Positions 47,901-62,252 of a stretch of DNA of 64,000 bases are shown here, piece by piece. Source of the stretch: Hemiscyllium ocellatum (lineage: Eukaryota). The notes under the pieces are model-generated. The model made no database searches. It saw nothing but the letters and a program-made list of their open reading frames with translations, and had not been told where the DNA came from. Location of the stretch: positions 124,001-188,000 of the forward strand of contig NW_026867451.1 of the NCBI RefSeq assembly GCF_020745735.1. The letters run 5' to 3'. Both the position numbers and the translations under genes were made by a program. Each line of letters starts with the position of its first letter. Position 1 is the first letter of the stretch.

Positions 47901-50900
47901 TAGAGAACAGCAGTCCCTGTGTACAATAGAGAGAACAGCTATCCCTGTGCATAATATAGAGAACAGCACAAGCTGTGTCTAATTTAGAGAGCAACAGTCC
48001 CTGTGTCTAATATAGGGAACAAGAGTCCCTCTGTCTAGTTTAGAGAACAGCAGGCCCTCATTCTAATATAGAGAACAGCAGAAGCTGTGTCTAATAAACA
48101 GAACATGACACCTTGTGTTTCATGAAGACAACAGCATGTTGTCTGTGTCTGTGTATAGTATAGAGAACTGTGTCTGTGTATAGTATAGAGAACAGCTGTC
48201 CCTGTGTACATATTGAGAATATGAGTCACTGTGTATTATACAGAGAACAGCAATCTCTGTGCGCAAATAGAGAGCAGTAGTCCCTGTGTATAATATAGAG
48301 AACGGAAGTGCCTGTGCACACCCTTTGTTTAATGAAGAGAACTGATATCCCTGTGTATAATGTAGAGAACACCAATGTCTGTGTATAATATAGAGAACAG
48401 CAGACCCTATGTTCACTGTGTATCAGAGGGAACAGCTATCTCTGTGTGAAACGTAGAGAGCAGCAGTCCCTGTGTATAATATAGAGAACAGCAGTGCCTG
48501 TGTTCACTGTGTATCAGAGAGAACAGCTGTCTCTGTGTGAAACGTAGAGAGCAGCAGTCCCTGTGTATAATATAGAGAACAGCAGACCCTGTGCACAATA
48601 TAAAGAACATGACTCCCTGTGTTTATTGAAAAGAACAGCCGTCCTGATGTATAATATAGAGAACACAAGATGCTGTGTCTAATATACAGAACAAGAATCC
48701 CTGTGCTTAATAAAGAGAACAGCAGTCCCTTTGTATAATATAAAGAGCACCAGAGTCTGTGTATAATATAGAAAACAGCAGTCCTTGCGTGCAACGTAGA
48801 GAACATGAGTCACTGTGGATAATATCGAGAACAGCTATCCCTGCGTATAATACAGAGAACAGCAGTCTCTCTGTTTATTTTAGAGAACAGTCAGCCCTGT
48901 GTATAATATACAGAACAGCAGACACTGGATCTGATATAAAGTACGTGACACCCTGTGTATAATAAAGAGAACAGCCATCCTTATGTGTAATATAGGGAAC
49001 AGCAGTCCCTCTATACAATATAAGGGACAGCAGTCCCCGTGTAAAATATGGAAAACTGCAGTGCCGATGCACAATATGAAGAACAGCAGTCCATGTGTAA
49101 AATATTGAGAACAGCAGTCCATATGTATAATCTAGAGAACAGCAATCACTGTGTATAATATAGAGAAAAGCACTCCCTGTGTACAATGTTGAAAACATCA
49201 GTCTCTGTGTACAATATAGAGAACAGCAGCTGCTGTGTCTAATGTAAAGAACATGAATCCCTGTGTTTAATAAAGAGAACAGGCGTCCCTGTGTATCATA
49301 TAGAGAACACCAGTGTCTGTGTATAATATAGAGAACAGCAGCTCCTGTGGTTAATGTAGAGAACATGATTCACTGTGTATAATATAGAGAACAGCTATAC
49401 CCATGTGTGATGTAGAGAGCAGCAGTCCCTGTGTATAATATAGAGAACAACAGTCCATGTGTCTATTTTAGAGAACAGCAGACCCTGTCTACAATATAGA
49501 GAACAGCAGTCCCTGTGCATAATACAGAGAACATCAGTGCCTGTGCATCATATAAAGAACAGCAGTCCCTCTGGACAATACAGAAAACAGCAGTTCCTGT
49601 GCAAAATACAGAGAACAGCAGTCCCGGTGCATTAAAAAATGAAGAGCACTCTCTGTGTATAATATAGAGAACAACAGAGCCTTTGTACAATATGGAGAAC
49701 AGCAGTCCCTGTGTATAATACAGAGAACAAAAGTCACTGTGTCCAGTTTAGAGAGCAGCAGACCGTGTGCACAATATAGAGAACAGGAGTCACTATGTAC
49801 CATAAAGAGAACAACAAACCCTGAGAATAATGTAGAAAACAGCAGTTCCTGTTTCTCATGTGGAGAACAGTTGTCCCTGTGTATATTGTAGAGAACAGCA
49901 GATCCTGTGTCTCATGTAAAGAACAGCAATCCCTGTGTCTGTCTGAGAGAACAGCAGGCCCTGTGTACAATATAGAGAACATGATTCACTGTGTATATTA
50001 TAGAGAACAACTATCCCTGCGCATAAAATAGAGAGCAGCAGTCCCTGTGTATAAGATAGTGGAAAGCAGTCTATGTATACAATGCTGAAAACAGCAATCC
50101 TTGTGTTTAACAAAGAACAGCAGTCCCTTTTATAACCAGCGTCTGTGTATAATATAGAAAACAGTAGTCCCTGTGTACAATATAGGGAACATGAGTCACT
50201 GTGTATAATGTAGAGAACATGAGTCCCTGTGTGTAATATAGAGAGCAGCAGTCCCTGTGTATGATATAGAAAACAACAGTCCCTCTGTCTATTTTAGAGA
50301 ACAGTAGGCAATGTGCATAATATAGAGAACAGCAGATGATAGGTCTGATATAAAGTACATGACACCCTGTGTTTAATGAAGAGAACAGTCATCCCTGTGT
50401 ATAATATAGAGAACACCAGTGTCTGTGTATAATATAGAGAGCAGCAGTCCCTGTGTAAAATATAAGGAACAGCAGTCCCTATGCAAAATATGGATAACTG
50501 CAGTGCATATGTATAATATAGAGAAATGCATTCCCTGTGTCTTATATAGAGAACAGCAGTCCATGTGTATAATCTAGAGAACAGCAGTCACTGTGTATAA
50601 TATAGAGAACAGCAGTCACTGTGTATAATATAGAGAAAAGCACTCTCTATGTAAAATGTCAAAAACATCAGTCCCTGTGTATAATATAGAGAACACAAGA
50701 TGCCGTGTCCAATATTAAAAAAAAGAATCCCTGTGTTTAATAAAGAGAACAGCCGTTCCAGTGTATAATATAGAGAACACCAGTGTCTGCATATAATATA
50801 GAAAACAGCAGTCCCTGTGCACAATATAGAAAACATGAATCACTGTGTATAATATAGAGAACAGCTATCCCTATATGTAATATAGAGAGCAGCAGCCCCT

Positions 50901-53900
50901 GTGTGTATTATAGAAAACATTAGTCCATGTGTCTACTTTAGAGAACAGCAGTCCCTGTGTACAATAGAGAGAACAGCAGTCCCTTTGTATAATATAGACA
51001 ACAGCAGTCCCTCTGTCCATTTTAGAGAACAGCAGTGCTTGTGCATTATATGAAGAACAGCAGTCCCTGTGTGCAATATAGACAACAGCAGTTCATATGT
51101 ACAATATAGAGAACGGCAGTCCCTCTGTATAATAAAGAAAACAGCAGTCCCGCTGTATAATATAGAGAACAGCAGTCACTGTATATAATAAAGAAAACAG
51201 TAGTCCTGCTGTATAATATAGAGAACAGCAGTCACTGTATATAATACAGAGAACAGCAGTCCCTGTGTATAATATAGAGAAAAGCAGTGTCTGTGTACAA
51301 TGCTATGAACAACAGTCCCTGTGTTTATTTCAGAGAACTGCAGTCTCTGTGTATAATATAGAGAACAGCAGTCCCTGTGTTTATTTCAGAGAACATCACT
51401 GCATGTGCATAATATAAAGAACAGCAGTCCCTGTGTATAATAAAGAGAACAGAAGATGCTATGTCCAATATAAAGAACATGAATCCCTGTGTTTAATAAA
51501 GAGAACAGCCGTCCCTGTGTATAATATAAAGAACACCAGTGTCTGTGTGAAATATAGAGAACAGCAGTCCCTGTGTCAATATAGAGAACATGATTTACTG
51601 TGTATAACATGGAGAACAGCTATCCTTGCATGTAATATAGTGAACCACAGTTCCTGTGTATAATATAGAAAACGATAGTCCCTGTGTTTAATAATATCGA
51701 GAACAAAAGTCCTCATGTCTATTTCAGAGAACATCAGTACCTGTGCATAATATAAAGAACAGCAGCACCTGTGCACAATATGGAGAACAGAAGTCCCTGT
51801 ATATAATATAGAGAATAGAAGATGCTGTGTATAATATAGAGAACATGAGTCCCTGTGTATAATATAGAGAAAAACAGTCTCTGTGTACAATGCAGAGAAC
51901 AGCAATCCCTGTGTATATTATAGAAAACAGCAGTCCCTGTGTACAATATAAAAACATGAGTCACTGTGTATAATATCGAGAACAGCTATCCATGTGTATA
52001 ATATAAAGAGCAGCAGTCCCTGTGTATAATATAGGAAACAACAGTCCCTCTGTCTATTTTAGAGAATAGAAGGCCCTGTGTATAATATAGAGAACAGCAG
52101 ACACTGGGTCTGATATAAAGTACATGACACCCTGCGTTTAATGAAGAGAACAGCCATTCCTGTGTATAATATAGGGAACACCAGTGTCTGCGTATATAAA
52201 GAAAAGCAGTCCAAATGTACAATATAAGGAACAGCAGTCCTGTGTAAAATATGGATAACTGCAGTGCATATGTATAATATAGAGAAATGCATTCCCCGTG
52301 TCTTATATAGAGAACATCAGTCCATGTGTACAATCTAGAGAACAGCAGTCCCTGTGTCTATTTTAGAGAACACCAGTGCCTGTGCATAATACAGAGAACA
52401 GCATTCCCTGTGTTTTATAAACAGAACAGCGGATCCTGTGACTCATGAAGAGTACAGCAGTCCCAGTGTATAACATAGAGTACAGCTGTCCGTGAGTGTC
52501 TGGTAGAGAACAGTAGACCCTGTGTAATATATAGAACATATGTCCCTGTGTATATTACAGAGAGCAGGAGTCCCTGTGTGTAATACAGTGAACAGCCTTA
52601 CTTGTGAATAATATGGAGAACAGCAGTTCGTGTTTCTATTGTAGAGGACAACAGTAACAGTGCATAAGAGAGAACAGCAGTCCCTGTGTACAATATGGAG
52701 AACAGCATCAATGTACAACACAGAGAAAAGCATTCGCTGTGTACAATATGGAGAACAGCAGTCCGTGTTTAATAAAGAGAACAACAGTCTCTGTATTTAA
52801 TTATGAAAACAGGAGTCCCTGTGACTAAAATAGAGAACATGAATTCCTGTGCATAATTTAGAGAGCAGCTGTCCTTATGTATGACAGAGAACAGCAGTTC
52901 CTGTGAATACAATAGAGAAAAGCTGCTCCTGTGTACAATTTAGAGAACAACAGTCCCTGTGTATAATACAGAGAACAGTAGTCTCTATGTGTAATACAGA
53001 GAACAGCAGTCACTTTGTGTAATGAAGAGAACCTGAGTCCTTGTGTGTAATAGAGACCAGCTGTCACTGTTTATAACATATCGAGCAGCAGTCCCTGTGT
53101 CTCATATTGGGAACAGCAACCCCTGTGTCTAATATAGGGAAAAGCAGTCACTGTGTCTCATATTGGGAACAGCAACCCCTGTGTCTAATATAGGGAACAG
53201 CAGTCCCTGTGTCTCATATTGGGAACAGCAACCCCTGTGTCTAATATAGGGAACAGCAGTCACTGTGTATAAGAAAGAGAAAAGCATTCTCTGTGTACAA
53301 TGTCGAGAACAGCAGTCCCTGTGTTTAATAAAGAGCATATCAGTCCCTGTGTATAATATAGACAGCAGCAGCTCCTGTGTCTAATATAGAGGACAGCAGT
53401 CCATATGTGTAATCTAGAGAAAAACACTCTCTGTGTACATGGGTGAGAACAGTAATCCCTGTCTGTAATATAGAGAACAGCAGCCCCTCTGTATAATACA
53501 GAGAACAGCAGTCCCTGTGTATAATATGGAGAAAAGCAGTCTCTGTGTACAATGTTGAGAAAAGCAGTCCCTGTGTTTAATGATGAGAACAGCAGTCTCT
53601 GTGTATAACATAGAGAACAGCAGTCCCTGTGCATAATATAGAGAACAGCAGTCCCTGTGTACAATATAGAGAACAGCAATCCCTGTGTCACATACAGGGA
53701 ACAACAGTCCCTGTGTTTAATATGGAGAACAGCAGTCCCTGTGCATAATATAGAGAACAGCAGGCCCTGTGCATAATATAGAGAACAGCAGGCCCTGTGT
53801 ACAATATAGAGAACAGCAGTCCCTCTTTCTATTTTAGAGAACAGCAGTGCCTGTGCATTATATAAAGAACAGCAGGCCCTGTGTACAATATAAAGAACAG

Positions 53901-55883
53901 CAATCCATGTGTCGCATATAGGGAATAGCAGTCCCTGTGTCTAATATGGAGAACAGCAGTCACTGTGCATAATATGTTGAACAGCATTCCCTTTGTATAA
54001 TATAGAGAACAGCAAACACTGTGAATACTGTGGAAAACAGCAGTGCCTGTTTATAATATGGAGAACAGTAGACCCTGAGTATATTTTGGAGAATAGCAGA
54101 TTCTTTGTCTCATGTAGAGCACAGCAGTCACTGCATAAAATGTAGAGAACAGCTGTCCCTGAGTGTATGGTAGAGAACTGTAGTCCCTGTGTAAAATGTA
54201 GAGAACAGTGGTCCTGTGTACATTGTAGGGAAGAGCAGTCCCTGTGTACAGTGAAGAGAACAGCAGTCTCTACATATAATATGGAGAACAGCGGTCTCTG
54301 TGTTTAATAAAGAGAATAGCACAACCTGTGTATAACATAGAGAACATCAATCCCTGTGTTTCATACAGAGAATAGCCATCCCTGTGCATAATATAGAGAA
54401 CAGCAGTCCTTGTGTCAATTTTACAAAACAACAGTGCCCTGTATAAGAGAGAACAGCAGTCCCTGTGTACTATAGAGAGAACAGCAGTTCCAGTATGTAA
54501 TAAAGTGAACAGTTATCCCAGTGTAAAATGTAGAGATCAGCATTCTCTGTGCCTATTTTGGAGAACAGTACCCCCTGTATTTAATATTGATAACAGCAGT
54601 CACTGTGCCCATTTTAAAGAACTGCAGTGCCTGTGCACAATAACGAGAATAGTAGTCCCATTGTAGAATATGGAGAACAGCATTCCCTGTGTGTAATATA
54701 GAGAACAACAGTCTCTGTGTCTCATGTCGGAAATAGCATTCACTGTGTGTATTATAGAGAACTGCAGTTTCAGTGTTGAACAAACAGCAGTTTAGAATGT
54801 AGAGAACAGCAGTCCACCATACATTGAGAACAGCAGTCCTTATATACAATATAAAGAACAGCAGTCCCTGTGTTTAATAAAGAGAACAGCAATCCCTGTT
54901 TATAATATAGAGAATATCAGTCCCCGTGATTCATAAAGAGAATAGCATTCTCTGTGTCTAATATAGAGAACACCAGTCACTGTGTAGAATATAAAGAACA
55001 TGTGTACCTCTGTATATTATAGAGAGCAGGAGTCCCTATGTGAAATATAGAGAATAGCCTTACCTGTATATATTATGGAGGACGGCAGTCCTTGTGTGTA
55101 TTATCAAGTACAACAGTGCCTGTTTATAAGAGAGAACAACAGTCCCCATATACAATATAGAGAACAGCTGTCCCTTTGTATAGTACAGAGAACAGCATTC
55201 CCTGTGTACAATGTGGAGAAGACCAATCCCTGTGTTTAATGATAAGAACAGAAATCCATGTGTATAATATATAAAACAGCAGTCCCTGTCCCTATACTAA
55301 TGAAACTAGCAGTGTCTAAAGGAAAGAACATGAGTCCCTGTGTATAACCGAGAGAGCGGCTGTCCCTATGTATATGATCGAGAACAGCAGTCCTTGCATA
55401 TACTATAGAGAAAAACTGTTCCTGTGTACAATATAGGGAACAGCAGTCCTTCTGTGTATTCTCCAGAACAGCAGTGCCTGCGTACAATGTAGAGAACAGC
55501 AGCTCATGTGTGCAATGTAGTGAACAGCAGTGCTTGCGTACAACAGTCCCTGTGGATAACATAGAGAACATTGTGTATAATATAAAGAACAGCAGTTCCT
55601 GTGTTTCATAAACAGGAGTTTAGAATATAGCGATCAGCAGTTCTGTGTGCATTGCAGGAAACAACAGTCCCAACATATACTATAGAGAACAGCAGTCCCT
55701 GTGTTTAATAAAGAGAACAGCAGTCCCTGTGTACAATATGGAGGACAGCAGCCCTGTGCATAATATAGAGAAAAGCAGACCCTGCATATAATATAGAGAA
55801 CAGCAGTCCATGTGTTTAGTAATGGGAACAGCAGTCCCTGTGTCTAATATATAAAACAGCAGTCACTGTGCAGAATATAATTT

Positions 55884-56508
55884 GGGTGGCATAGTGGCAC
55901 AGTGGTTAGCACTGCTGCCTCACAGTGCCAGATACCCGGGTTCAATTCCCGCCTCAGGCGACTGACTGTGTGGAGTTAGCACATTCTCCCCGTGTCTGCG
56001 TGGGTTTCCTCCAGGTGCTCCGGTTTCCTCCCACAGTCCAAAGATGTGCAGGTTAGGTGAATTGACCACCGTAGTGTTAGGTGAGGGGGTAAATTAGATT
56101 ACTTACAGTGTGGAAACAGGCCCTTCGGCCCAACAAGTCCACACCGACCCGCCGAAGCGCAACCCACCCATACCCCTACATTTACCCTTCACCTAACACT
56201 ACGGGCAATTTAGCATGGTCAATTCACCTTACCTGCACATCTTTGGACTGTGGAAGGAAACCGGAGCACCTGGAGGAAACCCACGCATATACGGGAAGAA
56301 TGTGCAAACTCCACACAGTCAGTGGCCTGAGTCGGGAATTGAACCCGGGTCTCTGGCGCTGTGAGGCAGCAGTGCTAACCACTGTGCCACCGTGCCGCCC
56401 ACTAACGTAGGGGAATGGGTCTGGGTGGGTTGCGCTTCGGCAGGTTGGTGTGGACTTGTGGGGCCGAAGGGCCTGTTTCCACACTGTAAGCAATCTAATC
56501 TAATCTAA
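55884..56508 (+). mobile_element. HE1/V-SINE split by a nested SINE
   Basis: Head 55884-56092 and tail 56401-56508 join into one complete SINE. Confidence 0.88.
56093..56400 (-). mobile_element. Full-length HE1/V-SINE nested in the opposite orientation
   Basis: Closely similar to 32628-32940. Confidence 0.92.
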
Positions 56509-59500
56509 CATATAGCACAGCAGTCCCTGTGATTAAGAAAGAGAGCAGCAGTCCCTGAGTCTAATATAGAGAACAGCAGTCACTGTGCATAATATATAGG
56601 ACAGCAGTGCTTTTGTATAATATAGAGAATAGCAAACTCAGTGAGTAATGTAGAAAACAGTATTACCTGTTTATAATGTGGAGAACAGTAGTCTCTGTGT
56701 ATATTTTGGAGAACAACAGATCCTGTGTCTCATGTAGAGAACAGTAGTCGATGCGCATAATGCAGAGAACAGCTGTCCCTGAGTGTACGGTAGTGAACAG
56801 TGGTCCCTGTGTAAAATGTAGAGAACAGTGGTCCTGCGTATATTGAAGGGAAGAGCAGTCCCTGTATACAGTGTAGAGAACAGCAATCCCTTCATATAAT
56901 ATAGAGAACAGCAGTCCATGTATTTAATAAAAAGAACAGCAGTCCCTGTTTATAATGATTCATAAAGAGAACAGTAATCCTTGCGTATAATATAGAGAAC
57001 AGTAGTCGCTGTGTATAATACAGAGAAAACGTGCCCCTGTGTATATTATAGAGAGCAGTTGTCCCTCTGTGCAATGTAGAGAAGAGCCTTATCTATATAT
57101 AATATGGAGAACAGCAGTCCTTGTGTCAATTATACAGAACAACAGTGCCCGTGTATAAGTCAGAACAGCAATCCCTGTGTACAATATAGAGAACAGCAGC
57201 CCCTGCGTATAAAAAAAGTGAACAGCATACCCTGTGTATAATGACGACAACAGCAATCCCTGTGTCTCATTTAGGGAACAGCAGTTCCTGTGAATATTGC
57301 AAACGAAACCATTCCCTGAGCCTCATGTAGGGAACAGCAGTTCCTGTGTATAATGTAGAGACCAGCAGTCCCCTGTGTACAAAATAGACAACAGTTGTAC
57401 CTGTCTATATTCCAAAAAACAGCTGTCCCTCTGTACAATACAGAGATCTACAGTCCCCGTGTATCACATAGAGGACAGCAGTAACTGCGTACAATGTGGA
57501 AAACAGCAGTCCATGTGTGCAGTTTAGAGAACAACAGTGTCTTGGTGCATGGTGGGGAACAGAAATCTCAGAGTGTAATACAGAGAACAGCAGTGCCTCG
57601 GTACTTTGTGGAGAACAGTAATCTCTGAGTGTAATATAGAGAACAGCAGTGCCTGTGTATGATAGAAAGAACAACAGTCTCTGTGTTTATTACACAGAAG
57701 AGCAGTACTGAGTATAATATAGAGAACAGCAGTCCCTGTGTCTTAGAGACAGTAGGCACTGTGTAAAATGTAGAGAAGAGCAGTCCCTGAATATAATATA
57801 GAGAACAGCAGTTCCTGTTTCTGTTACACAGAATGGTAGTCCCGTTGTATAATTTAGAAAACAGCATTTCGTGTGTCTATTAGACAGAACAGCAGTCCCT
57901 ATGTATAATATAGAGAACTGCAATTCCTCGGTACAATACAGAGATGAGCAGTCCCTGTGTATAACATCGAGAACAGCAAGTCCTTAAGTAGAAAATAGAG
58001 AACAGCACTCCCTGCGCACATGCAGAGAACAGCAGTAATTGTGTACAATGTAGAGACCAACGATCCATGTGTACAACATAGAGAACAGCAGTGCCTGGGT
58101 ACATTGTAGGGGACAACAGTCACTGTGTATAATGTAGGGAGCAGCAGTCACTGAGTACAACATGGAGGATAGCAGTCCCTGTGTATAATATAGAGAACAG
58201 CAAGTCCTTAAGTATAAAATAGAGAACAGCAGTCCCTGCGCACATGCAGAGAGCAGCAGTAATTGTGTACAATGTAGAGACCAATAATCCATATGTACAA
58301 CATAGAGAACAGCAATGCCTGTGTACATTGTAGGGGACAATAGTCACTATGTATAATATAGAGAACAGCAGTTACTGAGTACAACATGGAGGATAGCAGT
58401 CCCTGTGTATAATACAGGGAACATCAGTCCCCGTGTATAATACAGAGAACAGCAGTCCCTGTGTTTAATAAAGAGAATAGCAGTCCCTGTGTCTCATTTA
58501 GGGAACAGCAGTACCTGTGTCTCATATAAGAAACAGCAGTCCCTGTGTGTAATAAAGAGAATAGCAGTCACTGTGTATAATATGGAAAACAGCAAACACT
58601 GAGGATAATGTGGTAGTCCCTGATTCTAATGTGGAGAACAGCAGTGCCAGTGCATAATATAGAGAACAGCTGTCTCTGAGTGTCTGGTAGTGAACACAAG
58701 TCCATGTGTAAAATGTAGAGACCAGTATTCCTGCGTATATTGTAGAGAACAGCAGTCTCTTCATATAATATAGAGAATAGAGGTCTCTGTGTAAAGTGTA
58801 AAAAACTGTAGTCCTGCATACATTGTGGAGAACAGCAGTCCCTGTTTCTAATGTGCAGAACAGCAGTTCCTGTGTATACTGGGGAGAACAGCAGACCCTG
58901 TGTCTCATGTAGAGAGCAGCTATGCCAGTGCATAATAGAGAGAACAGCTCTCCCTGAGTGTCTGGTAGAGAACTGTAGTGCCTATGTAACATGTAGAAAA
59001 ATGCATTCCTGCGGACATTGTAGAGGACAGCAGACCTACATATAACAGAGAGACCAGCAGTCCCTGTGTTTAATAAATAGCAGTTTGGAATTTAGAGACC
59101 AGCAATCCTGTGTACATTGTTGAGAACAGCAGTCCCTGTGTTGCATATAGAGAAGCATTTCCTGTGTATGATATAAAGAAGAACTGTCCCTATGCACAAA
59201 ATAGAGAACAACAATCCCTGTGTACAACATAGAGAAGAGCAATCCCTGTGTTTCATTAAGAGATTTAGCAGTCCCTGTGTATAATATAGAGTAAATGTGT
59301 ATGTTATAGAGATCAGGAGTCCTTCTGTGCAATATAGAGAACAGCCTTACCTGTGTATAATGTGGAGAACACCAGTCCTTGTGTCTATAATGGAGGACAA
59401 CAATGCGTGTGTATAAGAGAGAACAGCAGTCCCTGTGTACAATATGGAGAATAGCAGCCCTATGCATAATATCGCAGTCCCTGATTCTAATGTGGAGAAC

Positions 59501-59696
59501 AGCAGTCGCTGTGTTTCATATAGAGAACAGCAATTCCTGTGTATAATATAGAGTACAGCAGTCCCTATGTTACTAATGGGAAAAGCAGTCCCTGTGTCTA
59601 AAATAGAGAACATGAGTGCATAATATAGAGAGCAGCTGTCCCTATGTATGTTAGAGAACAGCAGTTCCTGTGAATTCTATAGACAAAAGCTATCCC

Positions 59697-60283
59697 TTCA
59701 AAGTTTGTGAGAAGATTTGTAGCTCAGGTGCTTGTTGTTGTGGTTCTGTTCGCCGAGCTGGGAGTTTTTGTTGCAAACGTTTCGTCCCCTTTCTAGGTGA
59801 CATTCTCAGTGCTTGGGAGCCTCCTGTGAAGCACTTCTGTGCTGATTCCTCCGGCATTTATACTGGTTTGAATCTGCCGTTTCCGGTTGTCAGTTGCTGT
59901 CCGTTGCAGTGGCCAGTATATAGGGTCTAGGTCGATGTGTCTGTTGATAGAATTTGTGGATGAGTGCCATGCATCTAGGAATTCCCTGGCTGTTCTCTGT
60001 TTGGCCTGCCCTATAATAGTGGTGTTGTCCCAATTGAATTCATGTTGTTTGTCATCTGAGTGTATGGCTACTAGGGATAGCTGGTCGTGTCGTTTTGTGG
60101 CTAGTTGATGTTCGTAGATGCGGGTTGTTAGCTGTCTTCCTGTTTGTCCTATGTAGTGTTTTGTGCAGTCCTTGCATGGAATTTTGCACACTACGTTGGT
60201 TTTGCTCATGCTGGGTATCGGGTCCTTTGTCCTGGTGAGTTGTTGTCTGAGAGTGGCTGTTGGTTTGTGTGCTGTTATGAGTC
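59697..60283 (-). mobile_element. Penelope-like element fragment (family C) with GIY-YIG endonuclease domain
   Basis: ORF 59793-60209: KTNVVCKIPCKDCTKHYIGQTGRQL..RIYEH...H.FNWDNT.I......R...E.WH. Confidence 0.9.
59773..59812 (-). ncRNA. Hammerhead-like motif of PLE family C, with G8>A core substitution
   Basis: Minus strand: GCA CTGAGAA T GTCACC TAGAAA GGGGAC GAAA C GT T TGC. Confidence 0.5.
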
Positions 60284-61574
60284 AAAACATTCCTGTGTGT
60301 AATACAGAGAGCAGCAGTCTCTGAGTATAATATAGAGGACAGCAGTCCCTCTGTCTACTTTAGAGAATAGCAGTGCCTGTGAAATATATAAAGAAGAGCA
60401 GTCCCTGTGTGCAATATAGACAACAGCAGTTCATATGTATAATATAGAGAACAGCAGTTTCTCTTTATAATTCCAGAGAACAGCAATTCCTGTGTTTAAT
60501 AATGAGAACAACAGTCTGTGTTAGCTTCAGAGAACAGCAATACCTGTGCATAATATAAAGAACAGCAGTCCCTGTGTATAATATAGAGAACAGCAGACTT
60601 TGTCCAATATAAAGAACAAGACTCCCTGTGTTTAATGAAGAGAACAGCCATCCCTGTGTAGAATATAGAGAACACCAGTGTCTGTGTATAATATAGAGAA
60701 CAACATTCCCTGTGTACAATATAGAGGAGATGAGTCACTGTGTATAATATAGAGAACTTCTATCTCTGTGTATAATATAGAGGACAGCAGTCCCTCTGTC
60801 TATTTTAGAGAACAGCAGTGCCTGTGCACAATGTAAAGAACATGACTTCCTGTGTTTAATATAGAGAACAGCCATCCCTATGTATAATATAGAGAAACAC
60901 CAGTGTCTGGGTGTAATATAGAGAGCAGCAGTCCCTGTGTACAACATAGAGAATATGAGTCACTGTATATAATATAGAGAACAGCTATCCCTGTGCATAA
61001 CATCAACAGCAGCAGTCCCTGTGTATGATATAGAGGACAGCAGTCCCTGTATCTATTTTAGAGAATAGCAGTGGCTGTGCACAATACAAAGAACAACAGT
61101 CGAGGTGTATAATCTAGAGAACAGCAGTCTCTGTGTATAATATAGAGAACAGCTATCCCTGTGTATAACATCAAGAGCAGCAGTCCCTGTGTATAATATA
61201 GAGAACAGCAGTGCCTGTGCACAATATAAAGAACATGACTCCCTGTGTTTAATATAGAGAACAGTCATCCCTATGTATAATATAGAGAAACACCAGTATC
61301 TGCAGTGCCTGTGCACAACATAAAGAACAGCAGTCCATATGTATAATATAGAGAACAGCAGGTGCTGTGTCTAATATAAAGAACATGAATCCCTGTGCTT
61401 AATATAGAGAACAGCCATCCCGGTGTATAATATAGAGAACAGCATTCCCTTGTGTACAATATAGAGAACAGCAGTCCCTCTGTCTATTGTATAGAACAGC
61501 AGTACCTGTGCATTATATGCAGAGCAGCAGTCCCTGTGTGCAATATCGACAACAGCAGTTCATATGTACAATAT

Positions 61575-61697
61575 AGGAGAAAGTGAGGACTGCAGATGCT
61601 GGAGATCAGAGCTGAAAAATGTGTTGCTGGAAAAGTGCAGCAGGTCAGGCAGTATCCAACGAGCAGGAGAATCGACGTTTCGGGCATAAGCCCTTCA
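61575..61697 (-). mobile_element. Family-A PLE terminus truncated inside the hammerhead core
   Basis: Matches 776-897; ends at CCCTTCAG. Confidence 0.75.
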
Positions 61698-62104
61698 GTT
61701 CTCTATATATACAATGTAGAGAACTGCAGTCCCTCTGGAAAATACAGAAAACAGCAATTCCTGTGTATAATATAGAGATCAGCAGTCCCTGTGTATAATA
61801 TAGAGAACAGCAGTCCCTGTGTCTATCTTAGAGAACAGCAGTCCCTGTGTACAATATGGAAAACAGCAGTCACTGTGTATAATATTGAGAAAGAAGATGA
61901 TGTGTTTAATATAAAGAACATGATTCCCCGTTTTGAATAAAGAGAACAGCCGCCCCTGTGTACAATATAGAGAACAGCAGTCCCTCTGTCTATTTTAGAG
62001 AGCAGCTGTCCCTCTGTCTATTTTAGAGAACAGCAGTGCCTGTGCATAATATAAAGAACAGCAGTCCCTTTGTGCAATATAGACAACAGCAGTTCATATG
62101 TACA

Positions 62105-62252
62105 TCGTGAAACAGAGGAGAACCACCAATACAACTTACTCAAGAAGAACGGATACTCAAAAAATCAGTGCGCAGATTCCTCAAGAACAAACCACGACAA
62201 GCAGACCAAACACAGTCAGAAACCCTAACCGCCTTACCATACATCAAAGAAG
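62105..62252 (+). mobile_element. Truncated PLE RT-linker fragment (duplicate of 63545-63690)
   Basis: Near-identical to the start of the element at 63545. Confidence 0.8.
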
